From positions 170,562,001 through 170,626,000 of the forward strand of contig OX597816.1 in assembly GCA_951406725.2 (NCBI GenBank): 64,000 nucleotides of DNA, read 5' to 3'. Of the stretch, positions 37,261 through 49,990 are shown one piece after another (position 1 is the first letter of the stretch; each line of letters starts with the position of its first letter). The stretch comes from Octopus vulgaris (Eukaryota). The notes beneath the pieces were generated by a model that ran no database searches, had not been told where the DNA came from, and saw only the letters and a program-made list of their open reading frames with translations. The translations under genes and the position numbers were made by a program.

Positions 37261-40180
37261 ATAAAAGAATATTCCTCGTGATGACGTTTATGTGTGTATT
37301 CAATAGCAGGAGGATGCTGATTCTTATATCCCTGGCAATTCCAGTGATCTCGTCACGATTCATTGAGAGACAGTAACTTAATGGCAATTTCAGGCTAGCT
37401 GATGATCACAAGTGCGTTGTCTTGCATAAAAATGTGACTTAATATATTTGGTTGCATCTTGGGGCTCTTTTTTTATTGCTATTTTGCATCATTTTCCTGT
37501 TCTTGAATGTGTTCTGTAAATGTCCCGAGTCTACACAAGGTTGAGATTCATTTCGGTAATAGAATCATTTTCAAGTCGGGAAACATACCCATGCAAAGTT
37601 AACTTTTTATCCTTTTTTTACTTTTTCTTTTCTTTTTTGGTACGTTGAGCTTTACAGATCCAGGTCTTATTTGAAGTTAGCCCAACTATTTGGGGTTATA
37701 TGAGAGTTCTTTCAGAGAGTACTTCAGAAGGATCTCAGTACCGAAATGTAGAATGTTACTCACTTAAATTTTAAGCAGTATGCTTATATATCTACTTTGC
37801 TGCTGTTGTTTAGCAGGTGATGTCTGAGAGATAGTTTACAATGTTGAAAGGCTATCTGCACTAATCTCAAGCCTTCCCTTCTTTCGTCATTCCTTAGATA
37901 CAGCTTATCGATATAGTTGTTCCTGGGAAAGTTTCAGTTAAGTTCCGGATCTTGTGGGTTGTCTTGTCTGTGGAATGGACAGTTAAGGATCCCAAATGTT
38001 GGTATCATCACTGGTAGTTCAGATACATTGAGGGATATTGTCTTAAAAAAGGAAAGCTTCGACTGCAATGTTTTTTCAAGTCCGATGCAACATTCTTGGG
38101 TCACTTTATCTTAATTCACAACGCTTTCGTATGCCTAAGTATTTCTAGCATTCTTTGCGTAGAAGAGGACAGAGAGAAGAACCATTGGTGCACAGATCTT
38201 GGAGAATTGATTTTCTACGTTCAGCAATCAAATGCCAGTGTGTAAACTAAATTCCATTCCTTTGTTAGCAGAAAACATTATTAACTCCAATTGCTTCTTG
38301 GCATTGTAAATCTCTTGTGCATAGATCTTCAGACTTGCCCAAAGATGTTATGGTTTATATTGTTATCTCTTGCAATTTAAGACCATAGCTTGTAGGCATT
38401 GGGTGGTTGTAAATGAAATTATAACGAATTAAATGCTAAAATAATAGAATAGCTATTCATTGGATTATTCTCTTTAAAATATTTATAACATCAGAGACGG
38501 TCGTGCTGTTCTCAATTGAACGTATGGAGATTGTTGCTAAGGTCTTTTTGTGGGGTTACATTTACAGCTTATATTCAATACAAAAATAACAGAGAGTTTA
38601 TATCGTCTCGTTATATCGTAAAAAAAGGGTGATATATCTTCAGCGCTTCTATGTTCACATGTAGAGAATGTATGGTATGTCTGCAAATGACTAATTCTGT
38701 CACGTGTAACAACTTAGCTGTTTTTCTCGCTTCTTGATCTCAAAGGATATTATAAACCATCAAATATTTCGCAGTGATCTCAATTTTAATGAAGGACAAT
38801 TATTAGATATGAATTTTCGTAGCTGTAGATGTTAACCACATCATTAAAGTAATGGCGGTTCATGCAAGTGTGGACACAAGATATTCTAGTACAGAAAACT
38901 TTGTATATACTGCATCAGTTCTCTAAACTGGAGTGGATTACTTCCTTATCAAGGAGAGCCGCCTTCACAAAACAGCCACACGTAAAACACACAAACAAGA
39001 TGTATCTTATGACAAATTTTGATACATCTTGTCTGAATGTTTAACGTAAAGCATTGATATTTCTTTCGTGAAGAGAGTAGACAACAGAGTCGGTAGAACG
39101 CTGCAAAGAAAATGCCAAGCAGAAGTGAAATAAGTTTTTTTATGTTCTCAATACAGATTCCGACTAGATCATTTTTGCATTCTATTTCTCTGAGTTCAGC
39201 ATATAATATAGTTGGTTGCCAATAATATATTTTGAAAGATTCAATATATTTTACCTCTCTCATATAATGCATGATATGGCGCCTTTGTAAGAAAATATAT
39301 TTTTAGGATTGCCAGAATTATAGCATCGGACAAAATGCTTTGTGGTATTTACATTTTAAGCTCTGAGTTGAAATGCTGTCAAGGTTAACTTGGCCAGCCA
39401 TCTATCCATCCAATTAGAGTAACTACTAAGGTCCATTTAATTGACAATACTATATTCCTTAGTTTATGTCATTGTCACTATGTTTGTTTGTTTTTTACAC
39501 GAATATTGCCCAATGGCCAATCATTAATATCACACATCGTGCATCATTCCATTTATAATAACTAAAAATATAGAGATGGCATGTAGGTAACTCAATATTT
39601 ATACACTTCAGTTTGTGAAAATATATTTACCCAGTAAAATAATTTGAAGATCGGCCTAGTCTTTAAACAGAGTACGTGTTAAACATCTGGGTAATTGTGA
39701 TCTTGATTCTATCGCATTATCCATATGCGTCAGTACCATGAAATATTTGTCGAATGAAAACAACTTTGACTTCTTTAATGAAAAGTTTGTATTCATGTAA
39801 TCTATGTATGTAGGACAAATCAGACTGGCAGAATTGGTCATAGGTTCTGTTTCTTGCATTTTGTAACAAGCCACATAAGAAATAAGAAGGTTGATCTATG
39901 AGAGTATTCTTGTTTTAATCCATTTGTATTATGTGTTTCTCAAATTAATAAGTAGATTCTGAATTACATCTCTTTCAGCGATGAATTTCATCCAAAAATA
40001 TTTTTAATCTTTCTGCTATTATATAACTTGTATTTTTAATCGTTACAATATATTCAAATGAAATTACTTGTATCCATAACGAAAGCAATTAACAATGTTT
40101 AACAGTATATTTAATTAAAGGGTAGGCAAGTAAAATGAAATAATTAAAGAATATATCATGAATTTAGAAAGAAAACTTAC

Positions 40181-40252
40181 CTTGGCATTATTTGGGCACA
40201 CTTTAAGGCCTGAATGAAATAATCGTTTCCCATCGAGCCAATCTTTATTTCT
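40181..40252 (-). CDS. TMTC4: TMTC4-like exon (72 nt, phase 0-0): RNKDWLDGKRLFHSGLKVCPNNAK
   Basis: Acceptor tttttcgttctgtattttag; consensus donor AAG|gtaagt; encodes the TMTC post-TM motif. Confidence 0.92.
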
Positions 40253-41033
40253 CTAAAATACAGAACGAAAAATATTTACTTAATGGAATGTTATCTTTAT
40301 GTTCAAGATGCTTTGCACATTTAATTGCAATAATTAATTATACGGTTATTATACAAATGATAGGTTTGCATCTCGTTAATTGAAACTACTAATATTTTTG
40401 CCGCCCATTTGTTAACATTTGTAATGTCTTTTGGTTGACTTGTCGTTTGTTTTCGGTTCATTCATTGATACATACATTTATGCATTCGTTATCTTTTGAT
40501 TCCTTTCTACTTTCATTTTTCTACTTTCATTTTTCTACTCCATTTTTCTGTCTTTTTCGCATACTGTAATTCTTATATTTGTTGCCAAGGAAATAAGAGA
40601 AAATGGATCTATTTATCCAGATTCACATTCACTATAATACATTTGAATAATCCAATCAAATATTGGCGATACACGAAGTGGGTATGGAATGGGAGATGCA
40701 AAGACAATGGGCTCTTAATTACAATTACATTACATACAAACTACAAATATAAGAGAGCAACTGAACCATACTTAATGTGAGGACGTGCATCGCTGGAGAT
40801 ATTAGAATTTTCAGGATAATCAATTGACAAGAGAAAGGTATTTTTCAATAAATATTGTGAGAGAAAGCGCATATGAAAATATCATCGTTGCTTAAATTAC
40901 AATATATCATATAATATGAAATATCGAGTGCGGTGTGTGTCAGAATAAAAATAAGTCACGTCCAATTGTGAAATAGCCAATATATTTTAGAAAAAAATCA
41001 TCTGAGAAATGTTTGGCAAAATTTAAGCCATCG

Positions 41034-41153
41034 TAAGGTGACGAGCTTGCACAACCATTAAATACTTAGCTGCATTTCGTCCATCATTACGTTCTGATTT
41101 CAAATTCCGCCAAAGTCGACTTTATCTCTCATCCTTTCGAAGTCGATAAAATA
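41034..41153 (+). mobile_element. SINE family B, 5' fragment
   Basis: taaggtgacgagcttgc..caaattccgccaaagtcgacttt..catcctttcg. Confidence 0.75.
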
Positions 41154-41187
41154 TATATTCTTTCTGTGTTTTTTTTCTCTCTGTGTA

Positions 41188-41225
41188 TCTTTCTGTTGAA
41201 GAGCGTAGGCTCGAAACGTTAAGGA
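41188..41225 (+). ncRNA. Minimal hammerhead-like motif with CTGTTGA core, within a pLTR-like repeat (41160-41325)
   Basis: tcttt-CTGTTGA-a-gagc-gtag-gctc-GAAA-cg-TT-aagga; palindromic stem III ACGT. Confidence 0.6.
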
Positions 41226-41322
41226 CTTGTTTTATTTATATTTCCTGAGCGCCATACTAATACAATTGTTTGTTTGTTTTCCACCTGCCTTCGTCTTTTG
41301 TCTATTTTCATAAAGCTTCCCG

Positions 41323-41374
<52 letters not shown>

Positions 41375-41799
41375 ATGTGTGTGTGTGTGTGTGTGTGTCT
41401 GTGTATGTGTATGTGTGTATGTATTAGCTACACTCACTAGTTCAACACGATGATTCAAGTGATGCAATTAACTAAGCATGAACGTAAAATATGTCTATCT
41501 GTACATCCTTGTATCAAAATGGATAAACAGTTTTCCTCAGCAGAAAACAGAATTTCGCGGAAGTATGCTGTTCCTTCATTTTAGCCATTGCAAAAATGGA
41601 CGGACAGGGGAGAAGCACTGCAAAACAGAGACGCAACACGGGGCAGAACGACACAACCCGAAGACACCCGGTCGGGAGACGGATGCCTGAGTGTTGCATC
41701 AAGTGACTTCTGGTGGCTGAAGCCTGAACTACAACGGGCTTGTGCAACAGTAAACGGTTCCGATTAATTTTGGGTATCTCCATGTGTGTGTGCGTGTGT

Positions 41800-42030
41800 G
41801 TCTGTGTCTGTGTCTGCGTGTGTGTTTCTGTTTGTGTTTGTTCTCTGTCACAGCTTGACAACCGGTGTTGGTGTGTTTACGTCCCCTTAACTTAGCGGTT
41901 CGGCAAAAAGAGAGCGATAGCATAAATACTTGGCTTAAAAAATAAGTCCTGGTTTCTACTTGTTCGACTTGAACCCTTAAAGGTGGTGCCCCAGCATAAT
42001 CGCAGTCAAATGACTGACACAAGTAATAAA
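41800..42030 (+). mobile_element. SINE family A, 3' half
   Basis: gcttgacaaccggtgttggtgtgtttacgtcccc..aaggtggtgccccagcat..gtcaaatgactga. Confidence 0.82.
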
Positions 42031-42041
42031 AAAAAATGTAA

Positions 42042-42083
<42 letters not shown>

Positions 42084-42291
42084 CTGTTGTTACTACTTCA
42101 ACGTGGTTGTCCCAAATAGAACATTATTACTACTCTTTTTAAACCCAGGAGGACATCTCCTCCCGCTGGTTAATGACAGACTATCTTTGTTGGTAATGGT
42201 TATAACTGTCTGCTAGTCGTTAGTCCTAGTTTGCAATGTGTAAATAAATAAGTGACACAAAACTGCTGATCTTACACAAGCAAAGTAGTTA

Positions 42292-43527
42292 TTAGGTTGT
42301 TCCGAAAATAATGGCCACTCTAAGTGTTGTGTTTTATCATAGTATTTTAATTATAATTTACGTGAGTTTCGATGTATGTACTTTAATAATTTTCTACTTA
42401 TTTCAGACAGAAAACATTCTTAACGCATAGAGAGCCTTAATTATGAACATAACAAAAAAGGAGCTTCGCTTACTTTTCTTACATGAATTCAAGCTTGGGC
42501 ACAATGCCTCCCAAACTGCTGCCAATATCAACAGATCATGGGAACAGGGATCCACAAGATATCGCACCGTACGCAGGTGGTTTCAGAAGTCCCGTAGTGG
42601 TGATGAGAGCCTTGAAGATGAAGAACGTAGAGGACAATCAACAATTGAATGCAATTGTTGAGCAAAAACCTACGTCAAAATGTCAGAGAATTGTCTCAGG
42701 CACTTGGTGTCGGTATTGCAACGGTCTCACGCAATCTGCAGAAGATTGGTAAGGTGAAAAAGCTCGATAAATGAGTACTGCATGAGCCTAAGGAAAATCA
42801 AAAAGTTTGGGGTTTTGAAGTGTGCTCGATGCTCTTTCTGCGAAACATCAATGATCCATTCCCCTTTCTTGATCGAATAATCATTTGTGAGGAACAGTGG
42901 ATCCTTTATGATAACTATAAACGTTCAGGTCAATGATTTTTCCCAAGCATTTCCCAAAGCCAAAGTTGCATAAGCAAAAGATTATGGTGACAGTCTGGTG
43001 GCCTGCAATTGGTGTTATCCATTACAGCTTTATGGAAAGCAATTAGACCATTACAGCAGAGGTTTACAGCAATCAACTCGCTGAAATGCATGTTCACTTG
43101 CAAAAAATGAGATCTGCATTGGTAAATTGGCGTGGCCCAATTCTGCTCCGCGATAATGCAAAGTCACATGTTGCAAGAATGACGCTGCAGAAACTCACAG
43201 CCTTAGGGTACGGGCTTTTACCACATCCTCCACATTCTCCTGATCTTTCACCCACTGGATACCATTTTTTAAAGTATTTAAACACGTTTTTAAGTGATAA
43301 AACTTTCAGGTCAAAAACAGAGGTGGAATCAGTTTTCAAAGATTTATTAGCATTAAAGCCAATAAATTTTTATCAGCGAGGCATAAATACTTTCGTTGAT
43401 CGATGGCAAAGATGCATAGATGTTCACGGCTCGTACTTTGACTAATCAAAACATTATTTCTATTTTTAATTTTTCCAGGAATAAAATTATTTTTCTGAAA
43501 TCCGCCATTATTTTCAGAACAACCAAA
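42292..43527 (+). mobile_element. Full-length mariner transposon with TA TSD
   Basis: TIRs ttaggttgttccgaaaataatggc / gccattattttcagaacaaccaaa flanked by TA. Confidence 0.92.
42443..43445 (+). pseudogene. Mariner transposase pseudogene
   Basis: HTH (LFLHEFKLGHNASQTAANIN..TVRRWFQK), degenerate WVPHEL (*VLHEP), EQWILYDN, RDNAKSH, HSPDLSPTGYH; frameshifts and stops. Confidence 0.9.
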
Positions 43528-43768
43528 TAGCTCTAAAATCTCTAATCGAGATGCAAGTAGTAACGGTTGTTACCACCTGACGGGGTTGTTGCATACAGAG
43601 CGCGTTTACTATTCTTTTTAACTCCAGGAGGACATCTCCTCCAGCTGATTAATGACACACTATATGTGTCCGTTGTACGTGTCCTCATGGGGCTAAAAGG
43701 AGTGTTAACAGTGTTCTGTATAGAACAACCCTGTTAAGATAGTAACAACAGTTACTTCTAAGTAGAGT

Positions 43769-43841
<73 letters not shown>

Positions 43842-43957
43842 GATGGATGGATGTACATTTATATAGATATATATAGTGAGAATTTACAAAAAAAAGACGA
43901 AGACGGGTGTGTAAACAACAAACAGATGTATTAGTTTAAGTGAGAAAGTAAGAAAGT

Positions 43958-43993
43958 CTTTTACGTTTCGAACCCACGCTCTTCGACAGAAAG
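43958..43993 (-). ncRNA. Minimal hammerhead-like motif with CTGTCGA core (same family as 41188)
   Basis: cttt-CTGTCGA-a-gagc-gtgg-gttc-GAAA-cg-TA-aaag; flank 43875-43957 is homologous to 41230-41325. Confidence 0.6.
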
Positions 43994-44065
43994 GAACATA
44001 TATATATGTGTGTGTGTGTATGTATATATATACAATTATATGTATATATGTATACATATACATAC

Positions 44066-44115
<50 letters not shown>

Positions 44116-44116
<1 letters not shown>

Positions 44117-44186
44117 CTAAAACAATGCGAACGCATTGTGACCAGCGATGTGTAACAACATCTGATGGTCTGGTCGGTCACGTGAT

Positions 44187-44194
<8 letters not shown>
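44116..44194 (+). mobile_element. Probable 3' tail fragment of a third SINE family
   Basis: GC-richer island aacaatgcgaacgcattgtgaccagcgatg..ggtcggtcacgtgatcacgtga between (TA)n tracts; family assignment from memory only. Confidence 0.4.
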
Positions 44195-44252
<58 letters not shown>

Positions 44253-44744
44253 ATGTATATATGAAAAATAATAAGGGTAGAAAATTTAGGTGGCCAGCAT
44301 GCGTAATAAAGTCAATATACAACATATTTTTCATATAAATTAGTATACGTTTTTAAACACGAAAGAAGACCTTAACAGGCGACCTTACATACTGGAAAGT
44401 GCAGTTAAAGGCCCTCTAAATTTTCGACCCTTATTAGTTTTCACAGTAATCTTTTCGTAATGTTGAAGAACATTGGTACACAATTTTAACTGTTATTATT
44501 ATTTGTTATTAGGATTAACGGTTTTTTGAACACATAATATAATATACGTAATTGCGTTATGTTTTAGTTTTTATGGCATTAAATTCTCTAAATTGAAATG
44601 TTCTTCCAGATACGGTACTAATCGTTTATTTGTATGTGTATGCTAAGCACATCTCCCTTCCTATATAACTTGAAAACTCTCTTATCCCCCTATAATCAAG
44701 CTTTAAATATTTTAATTTCATGAATCTAAAAAGAATTATATATC

Positions 44745-44920
44745 AGGCGCAGGAGTGGCTGTGTGGTAAGTAGCTTGTTTACCAACCACATGGTTCCGGG
44801 TTCAGTCCCACTGCGTGGCATCTTGGGCAACTGTCCTCTGCTATAGCTCCGGGCCGACCAATGCCTTGTGAGTGGATTTGGTAGACGGAAACTAAAAGAA
44901 GCCTGTCGTATATAGGTATG

Positions 44921-44982
<62 letters not shown>

Positions 44983-45197
44983 TGTGTCTGTGTTTGTCCC
45001 CCTAGCATTGCTTGACAACCGATGCTGGTGTGTTTACGTCCCCGTCACTTAGCGGTTCGGCAAAAAGAGACCGATAGAATAAGTACTGGGCTTACAAAGA
45101 ATAAGTCCCGGGGTCGATTTGCTCGACTAAAGGCGGTGCTCCAGCATGACCGCAGTCAACTGACTGAAACAAGTAAATGAATAAAGAGTAAGAGTAA
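44745..45197 (+). mobile_element. SINE family A
   Basis: Full-length, near-consensus copy. Confidence 0.93.
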
Positions 45198-45945
45198 ACG
45201 CAACTTGTATTTTAATCCAGGATTTAAAGATAAAAATACAACAACCCCTATTAATATTCCTATAGTTTATAAACCCTTTATCTCAATACGTAATCATTAC
45301 CATGCAACAGAATAAATCTTACTAATAATGATAGCCCCAAACTAGCGATACAAACCTATCGCTACTGGTTTCCTATGGGATATATCGCATTTTGTATTAT
45401 TTCAATAAGTAAGATCGTTTTAAGTTTTGTGTCACCAATTTGAAGAACGTAAACATTCTTACCATCACTCATAGATATTCTCTCATCCTGTATTATTTCA
45501 ATGTAGCATATTTTTAAGTTCATTGGCTGCCTTATTCCCTAAAATAATTTGCACTATTTCTTTGCAATGAGCTTTCACCAATATTTCTCTAATATTATAT
45601 GCTTTCATTTCCTTAGCAATTTGTTTTAAAACAAGCTAGCTAGCAGATCCCTTTCTGAACCACTGTTTTTTTTTTGTTTGTTTTTTTCGTGAAAGTAGAA
45701 CTTGACTTCTTTTTAAGATCTGTTAGAAATCTCTTTTAATGAATCTAGTTTTCCATCAAACGAAAATGTTTCTTTGAAAATTTGTGCAGTAATTTGGCCC
45801 TACAACCCCATAGTGCAGTTCAGTCCAAAAATATCTTCTCCAAATATCACTTCGCCCACATACCTTTTTAAATGTATTCTATCCAAAATATGATACTATG
45901 TTCGGTGGTAGAGCTGTACGAAATTTCTCTAAAACCTATCTCCTA

Positions 45946-46156
45946 TTTACTCTTTGCTCTTTACTCTTTTACTTGTTTCAGTCATTTGACTGCGGCCATG
46001 CTGAAGCACCGCCTTTAGTCGAACAAATCGACCTCAGGACTTATTCTTTGTAAGCTTAGTACTTATTCTATCGACCTCTTTTGCCGAGCCGCTAAGTTAC
46101 GGAGACGTAAACACACCAGCATCGGTTGTCAAGCGATCCAGGGGATGACAAATACA

Positions 46157-46244
<88 letters not shown>

Positions 46245-46418
46245 TACACGACGGTCTTGTTTTCAGATTCCATCTACCAAATCCACTCAAGGATTTGGTC
46301 GGCCCGAGGCTATAGTAGAAGACACTTGCCCAAGGTGTCACACGGTGGGACTGAACCTGGAACCATTTGGTTGGTAAGCAAGCTACTTGCCACTTACCAC
46401 ACAGCTACTCCTGCGCCT
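45946..46418 (-). mobile_element. SINE family A
   Basis: Full-length reverse copy. Confidence 0.92.
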
Positions 46419-47346
46419 ATAGTATTGCTTCCTTTATAAATATGCCTGTGATGGTCATTTTCGTGCATAGCTTGGCCTTGATGTTCAACAAGATCTACAG
46501 ATAAAAGTATTTCCGTTGTAATCATCTCACCTTCCTTTCAAGTAGTATATTTAGTACTTTATTATGAAATGCGCCCTTCTTTTAAAGCAGTTCAATTGAT
46601 AATCCTGACACTCCCCGCTTGAATCTTTCCCTTATATCTGTGTTGCTATAGCTGATATATTTAAGAAAATCACGGAGAGTAAATTTATTGGGGATTTTGC
46701 ATCTATAAACCACTGTCTAAAGCATTAGCTTTTACCTTCACGACTATATCCCAGCCTTAAAACTGTTGGCTTTGCGCTTAAATCATAAGCCGTTGTTTTG
46801 TATAACTACTGCTGTATATAGCGGGGATATCTTTAATCAAGAAACATTTATTTAAATCGTACCCCACAACAGACACACTATATTTGGGATCACTTTAATC
46901 ATGATAATAATAATAATTTATTTAAACAGCAATACGTTGTTTGAGGGACATTTGGTTATCGTTTCCAACATGTTTAGCTATCACATAAATGTTCCATGCT
47001 CAGTCCAGTCTCACTGTTTCCCAATTACGAAGTACTTTTTGTGACTAAACAAAATATACAGATTGGCAGGAACTTAACATTTGAGAATTTGATAGAATAC
47101 ATTTTTCCATATTTCTAATTTTACATCTATTTTCATTATCCCCTTAAGAATTATATCAATTCGTCTGTAAATTAACAAGAACTTGCTCTGTTCTATATCC
47201 GTTTTAATATCTATATTAAAATTTAGCTTCTTCGTGTCCAAAATACCAAAGATATTATGAAAGTTTCTTCAAAACAAAATTATAATAAAGTTTTGTCTGT
47301 ATAGTCTTTAAAGAAAACTTTTTAAATCCGGTTTATAAATAATAAT

Positions 47347-47762
47347 AGGCGCAGGAGTGGCTGTGTGGTAAGTAGCTTGCTTACCAACCACATGGTTCCG
47401 GGTTCAGTCCCACTGCGTGGCATCTTGGGCAAGTGTCTTCTGCTATAGCCCGGGCCGACCAATGCCTTGTGAGTGGATTTGGTAGACGGAAACTGAAAGA
47501 AGCCTGTCGTATATATGTATATATATATATATATATATGTGTATGTGAGTGTGTTTGTGTGTGTGTGTTTGTCCCCCTAGCATTGCTTGACAACCGATGC
47601 TGGTGTTTTTACGTCCCCGTCACTTAGCGGTTCGGCAAAAAGAGACCGATAGAAAAATACTGGGCTTACAAAAGAATAAGTCCCGGGGATCGATTTGCTC
47701 GACTAAAAGCGGTGCTCCAGCATGGCCGCAGTCAAATGACCGAAACAAGTAAAACAGTAAAC
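47347..47762 (+). mobile_element. SINE family A
   Basis: Full-length copy ending ~235 bp from the exon at 47997. Confidence 0.93.
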
Positions 47763-47996
47763 AGGAATATCAAAATTTCAAAAATTCTTCACTATTAAAG
47801 CTTGTAACAGTGATGATTGAGAAGAAAGCTTAAAACTGACTCAATGTTTAAACATCATTTCCTCTGGATAAATTGTAGAAATATTATATGAGATTAAAGA
47901 CTTAAAAAAAAAAAAATTTAGACAAGAAAAATTATGACTGTATTTAACGCTATTGTTATTTTAAAAGATATGAAGAAATCAATGAACGATCCTGAC

Positions 47997-48053
47997 CTGG
48001 TGAGACCTGACGATGAATACAAAAGTCAGGCATACAGCTGCTGTTTTAAGAAT
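47997..48053 (-). CDS. TMTC4: TMTC4-like exon (57 nt, phase 0-0): ILKTAAVCLTFVFIVRSHQ, last transmembrane helix
   Basis: Strong acceptor tttttgttttaatttcag; weaker donor CAG|gtcagg; hydrophobic helix joins in frame to RNKDW of the next exon. Confidence 0.75.
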
Positions 48054-48394
48054 CTGAAATTAAAACAAAAATGGCATAGTTTAATATATATTTATTCAAA
48101 ACTGAATGTTAAGAAATAACGAAGCTGATAAAATATTAGTCATTAATATTATTTAGTTTTCCATTGATTAATCTTCAAAATATAAAATAAGGGCGTAAGA
48201 ATCCCGAACAGTGGCATGTAACTGAAAATAAACAAATATTCAGTGCATATGGCTCGGTCCCACACGTATTACTTATGAGAACTATGTACCGCTTCCACAT
48301 TCCAGACAAAGTAACCAAAATAATGAGGATGTTTACACCTGGACATTTTACAACTGATTGACACCGATTGGAGATTGGCATTGCTGCTGGCTAT

Positions 48395-49990
48395 ACAATA
48401 CTTGTCACGTAGTTTATCTTAGTCATGGAGATGATTTTGAAAGCCGTGGATTTTTCGGAACAGATCGCCCATGCACAATCGCATAAGAAAGCCTTCAGGG
48501 ATGGTGTGTAACTTCTATCAGGAGATAAGCAAATGATGCAGAGTGCCCTCTTGAGATTGGAAAAGCTTGTAATGTGGTCAAGGATGCGGTTTAGAGTGTT
48601 ATACATCTTGCTGAGCGATTGCTGCAGTAGTGATTTTATACAGCTAGATTTCGCTGCACAGCTGAAACTCCTCTGTTCAGCGATACATTGTGGACATGGA
48701 GCTTTACAACCAATAGTCACTGAACTTCAGCATCATTTTCATCAAACAAGTCTCTGTGTCTGGCATTAGCATATCCCAGTGCTTCGACAGCACATTGAAG
48801 AACTTATACTGGAAAATTTTCCCCTATTTTCAATGCTGGACAAGCGAGTCTGAAGCTCTTTCCTCAACACAGCATCAGATATCTTGTGGACGTTCAGATG
48901 CCGAGGAATATCAACTGGCTCTCTTCTCTCTTTCACTCTAATCATCATCCGGAACTTTGCTGGCACGAGACTGTGGTCTGTTCAGCATTCTGATCCGTGA
49001 AAGGACTTGCCATTACAAATGTCATAGATGTCAGGCTTGCGGATGCTGACATAATCCAGCAAGTGTCAAACTTTAGACTTTGGATGTATTCACCTTGTTC
49101 TGTGATCACCTTTGTGCATAAAATGAGGGCTTGCTATGTAAAGTCCATGTTCACTGCAAAGCTCCAGCAGCATGAGACCATTGCTATTCATTTTCCCTAC
49201 ACCAAAATGTCCTTGAGAGCTCCATGTTTGTCAGTCTGTTCTAGCCTGGCATAGACCCCCGCAGTAGAATAACTTTATCAGAATTGAGGATTTTCATAAG
49301 TATGGCTCTCAGCTGGGTACAAAACATAATTTTATCTTCATCACAACTAGTCAAAGTAGGAGCGTATGCACTTATTAGAGTAGCAAACCGTCCACCATCC
49401 AGGTGCAATCGCAGAGCCATTAGACGTTCATTTATAGGAAAAGATAGACCCTCCAACTTCTTAAGGATCGAACTTCAAAGCCAACCCCAACCTCTCTGCA
49501 CTCCCACTTCTACCTCTACCACCCTTTCCGAAAGAAAATGCATCCACCTTCTACTTCCTCAAGCTGACCGTTACCATCTATACGAGTCTCTGAAAGTGCA
49601 GCTATATCAATGTTATAGCGGTTCAGCTCGTGAGCAACGAGTGCAGTGCGTCTTTGAGGCCTACGATCACTCTTGTTATCCAAGAGTGCGCACGTTCCAA
49701 CAAGAAATGTTCAAGTTCCATCCAGATCCATATTCTGTAAGAAAAACGTCTTTCTTTTTCGAGTGCAGAGTGGACATCCGTCAGTCGCGCTAAATTGACC
49801 AGATTTTTGGTTCGCCTTTTCTCGAACTTCCCCGGCCTCAGGTTGAGCAGTGTCTTCTTCAAATGAAGCTACTCAGACACCCATGCAGCAGCAACCAAAT
49901 CCTATCGCTGTCTTGGGCAACAAGGAGACGACTTAATATCTAGCAAGGGCTGCCTATGTGCAGGTAGCTGACTACATGCTTCCAACCCGT
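48395..49990 (-). mobile_element. RTE-clade LINE 5' portion (APE endonuclease), decayed
   Basis: WNVRT near 49690-49700; INERLMALRLHL..ATLISAYAPTLTS.DEDK..F..QL..KVILL (ORF 49241..49456). Confidence 0.85.

Noticed and set aside
44745-44820. tRNA genes at SINE heads
   Set aside because: A and B boxes are present but there is no full cloverleaf, and the heads continue into SINE bodies.
48290-48340. Hydrophobic stretch VNILIILVTLSGMWK as a TM exon
   Set aside because: Splice signals are poor and the expected AERxLY motif is absent; 47997-48053 fits better.
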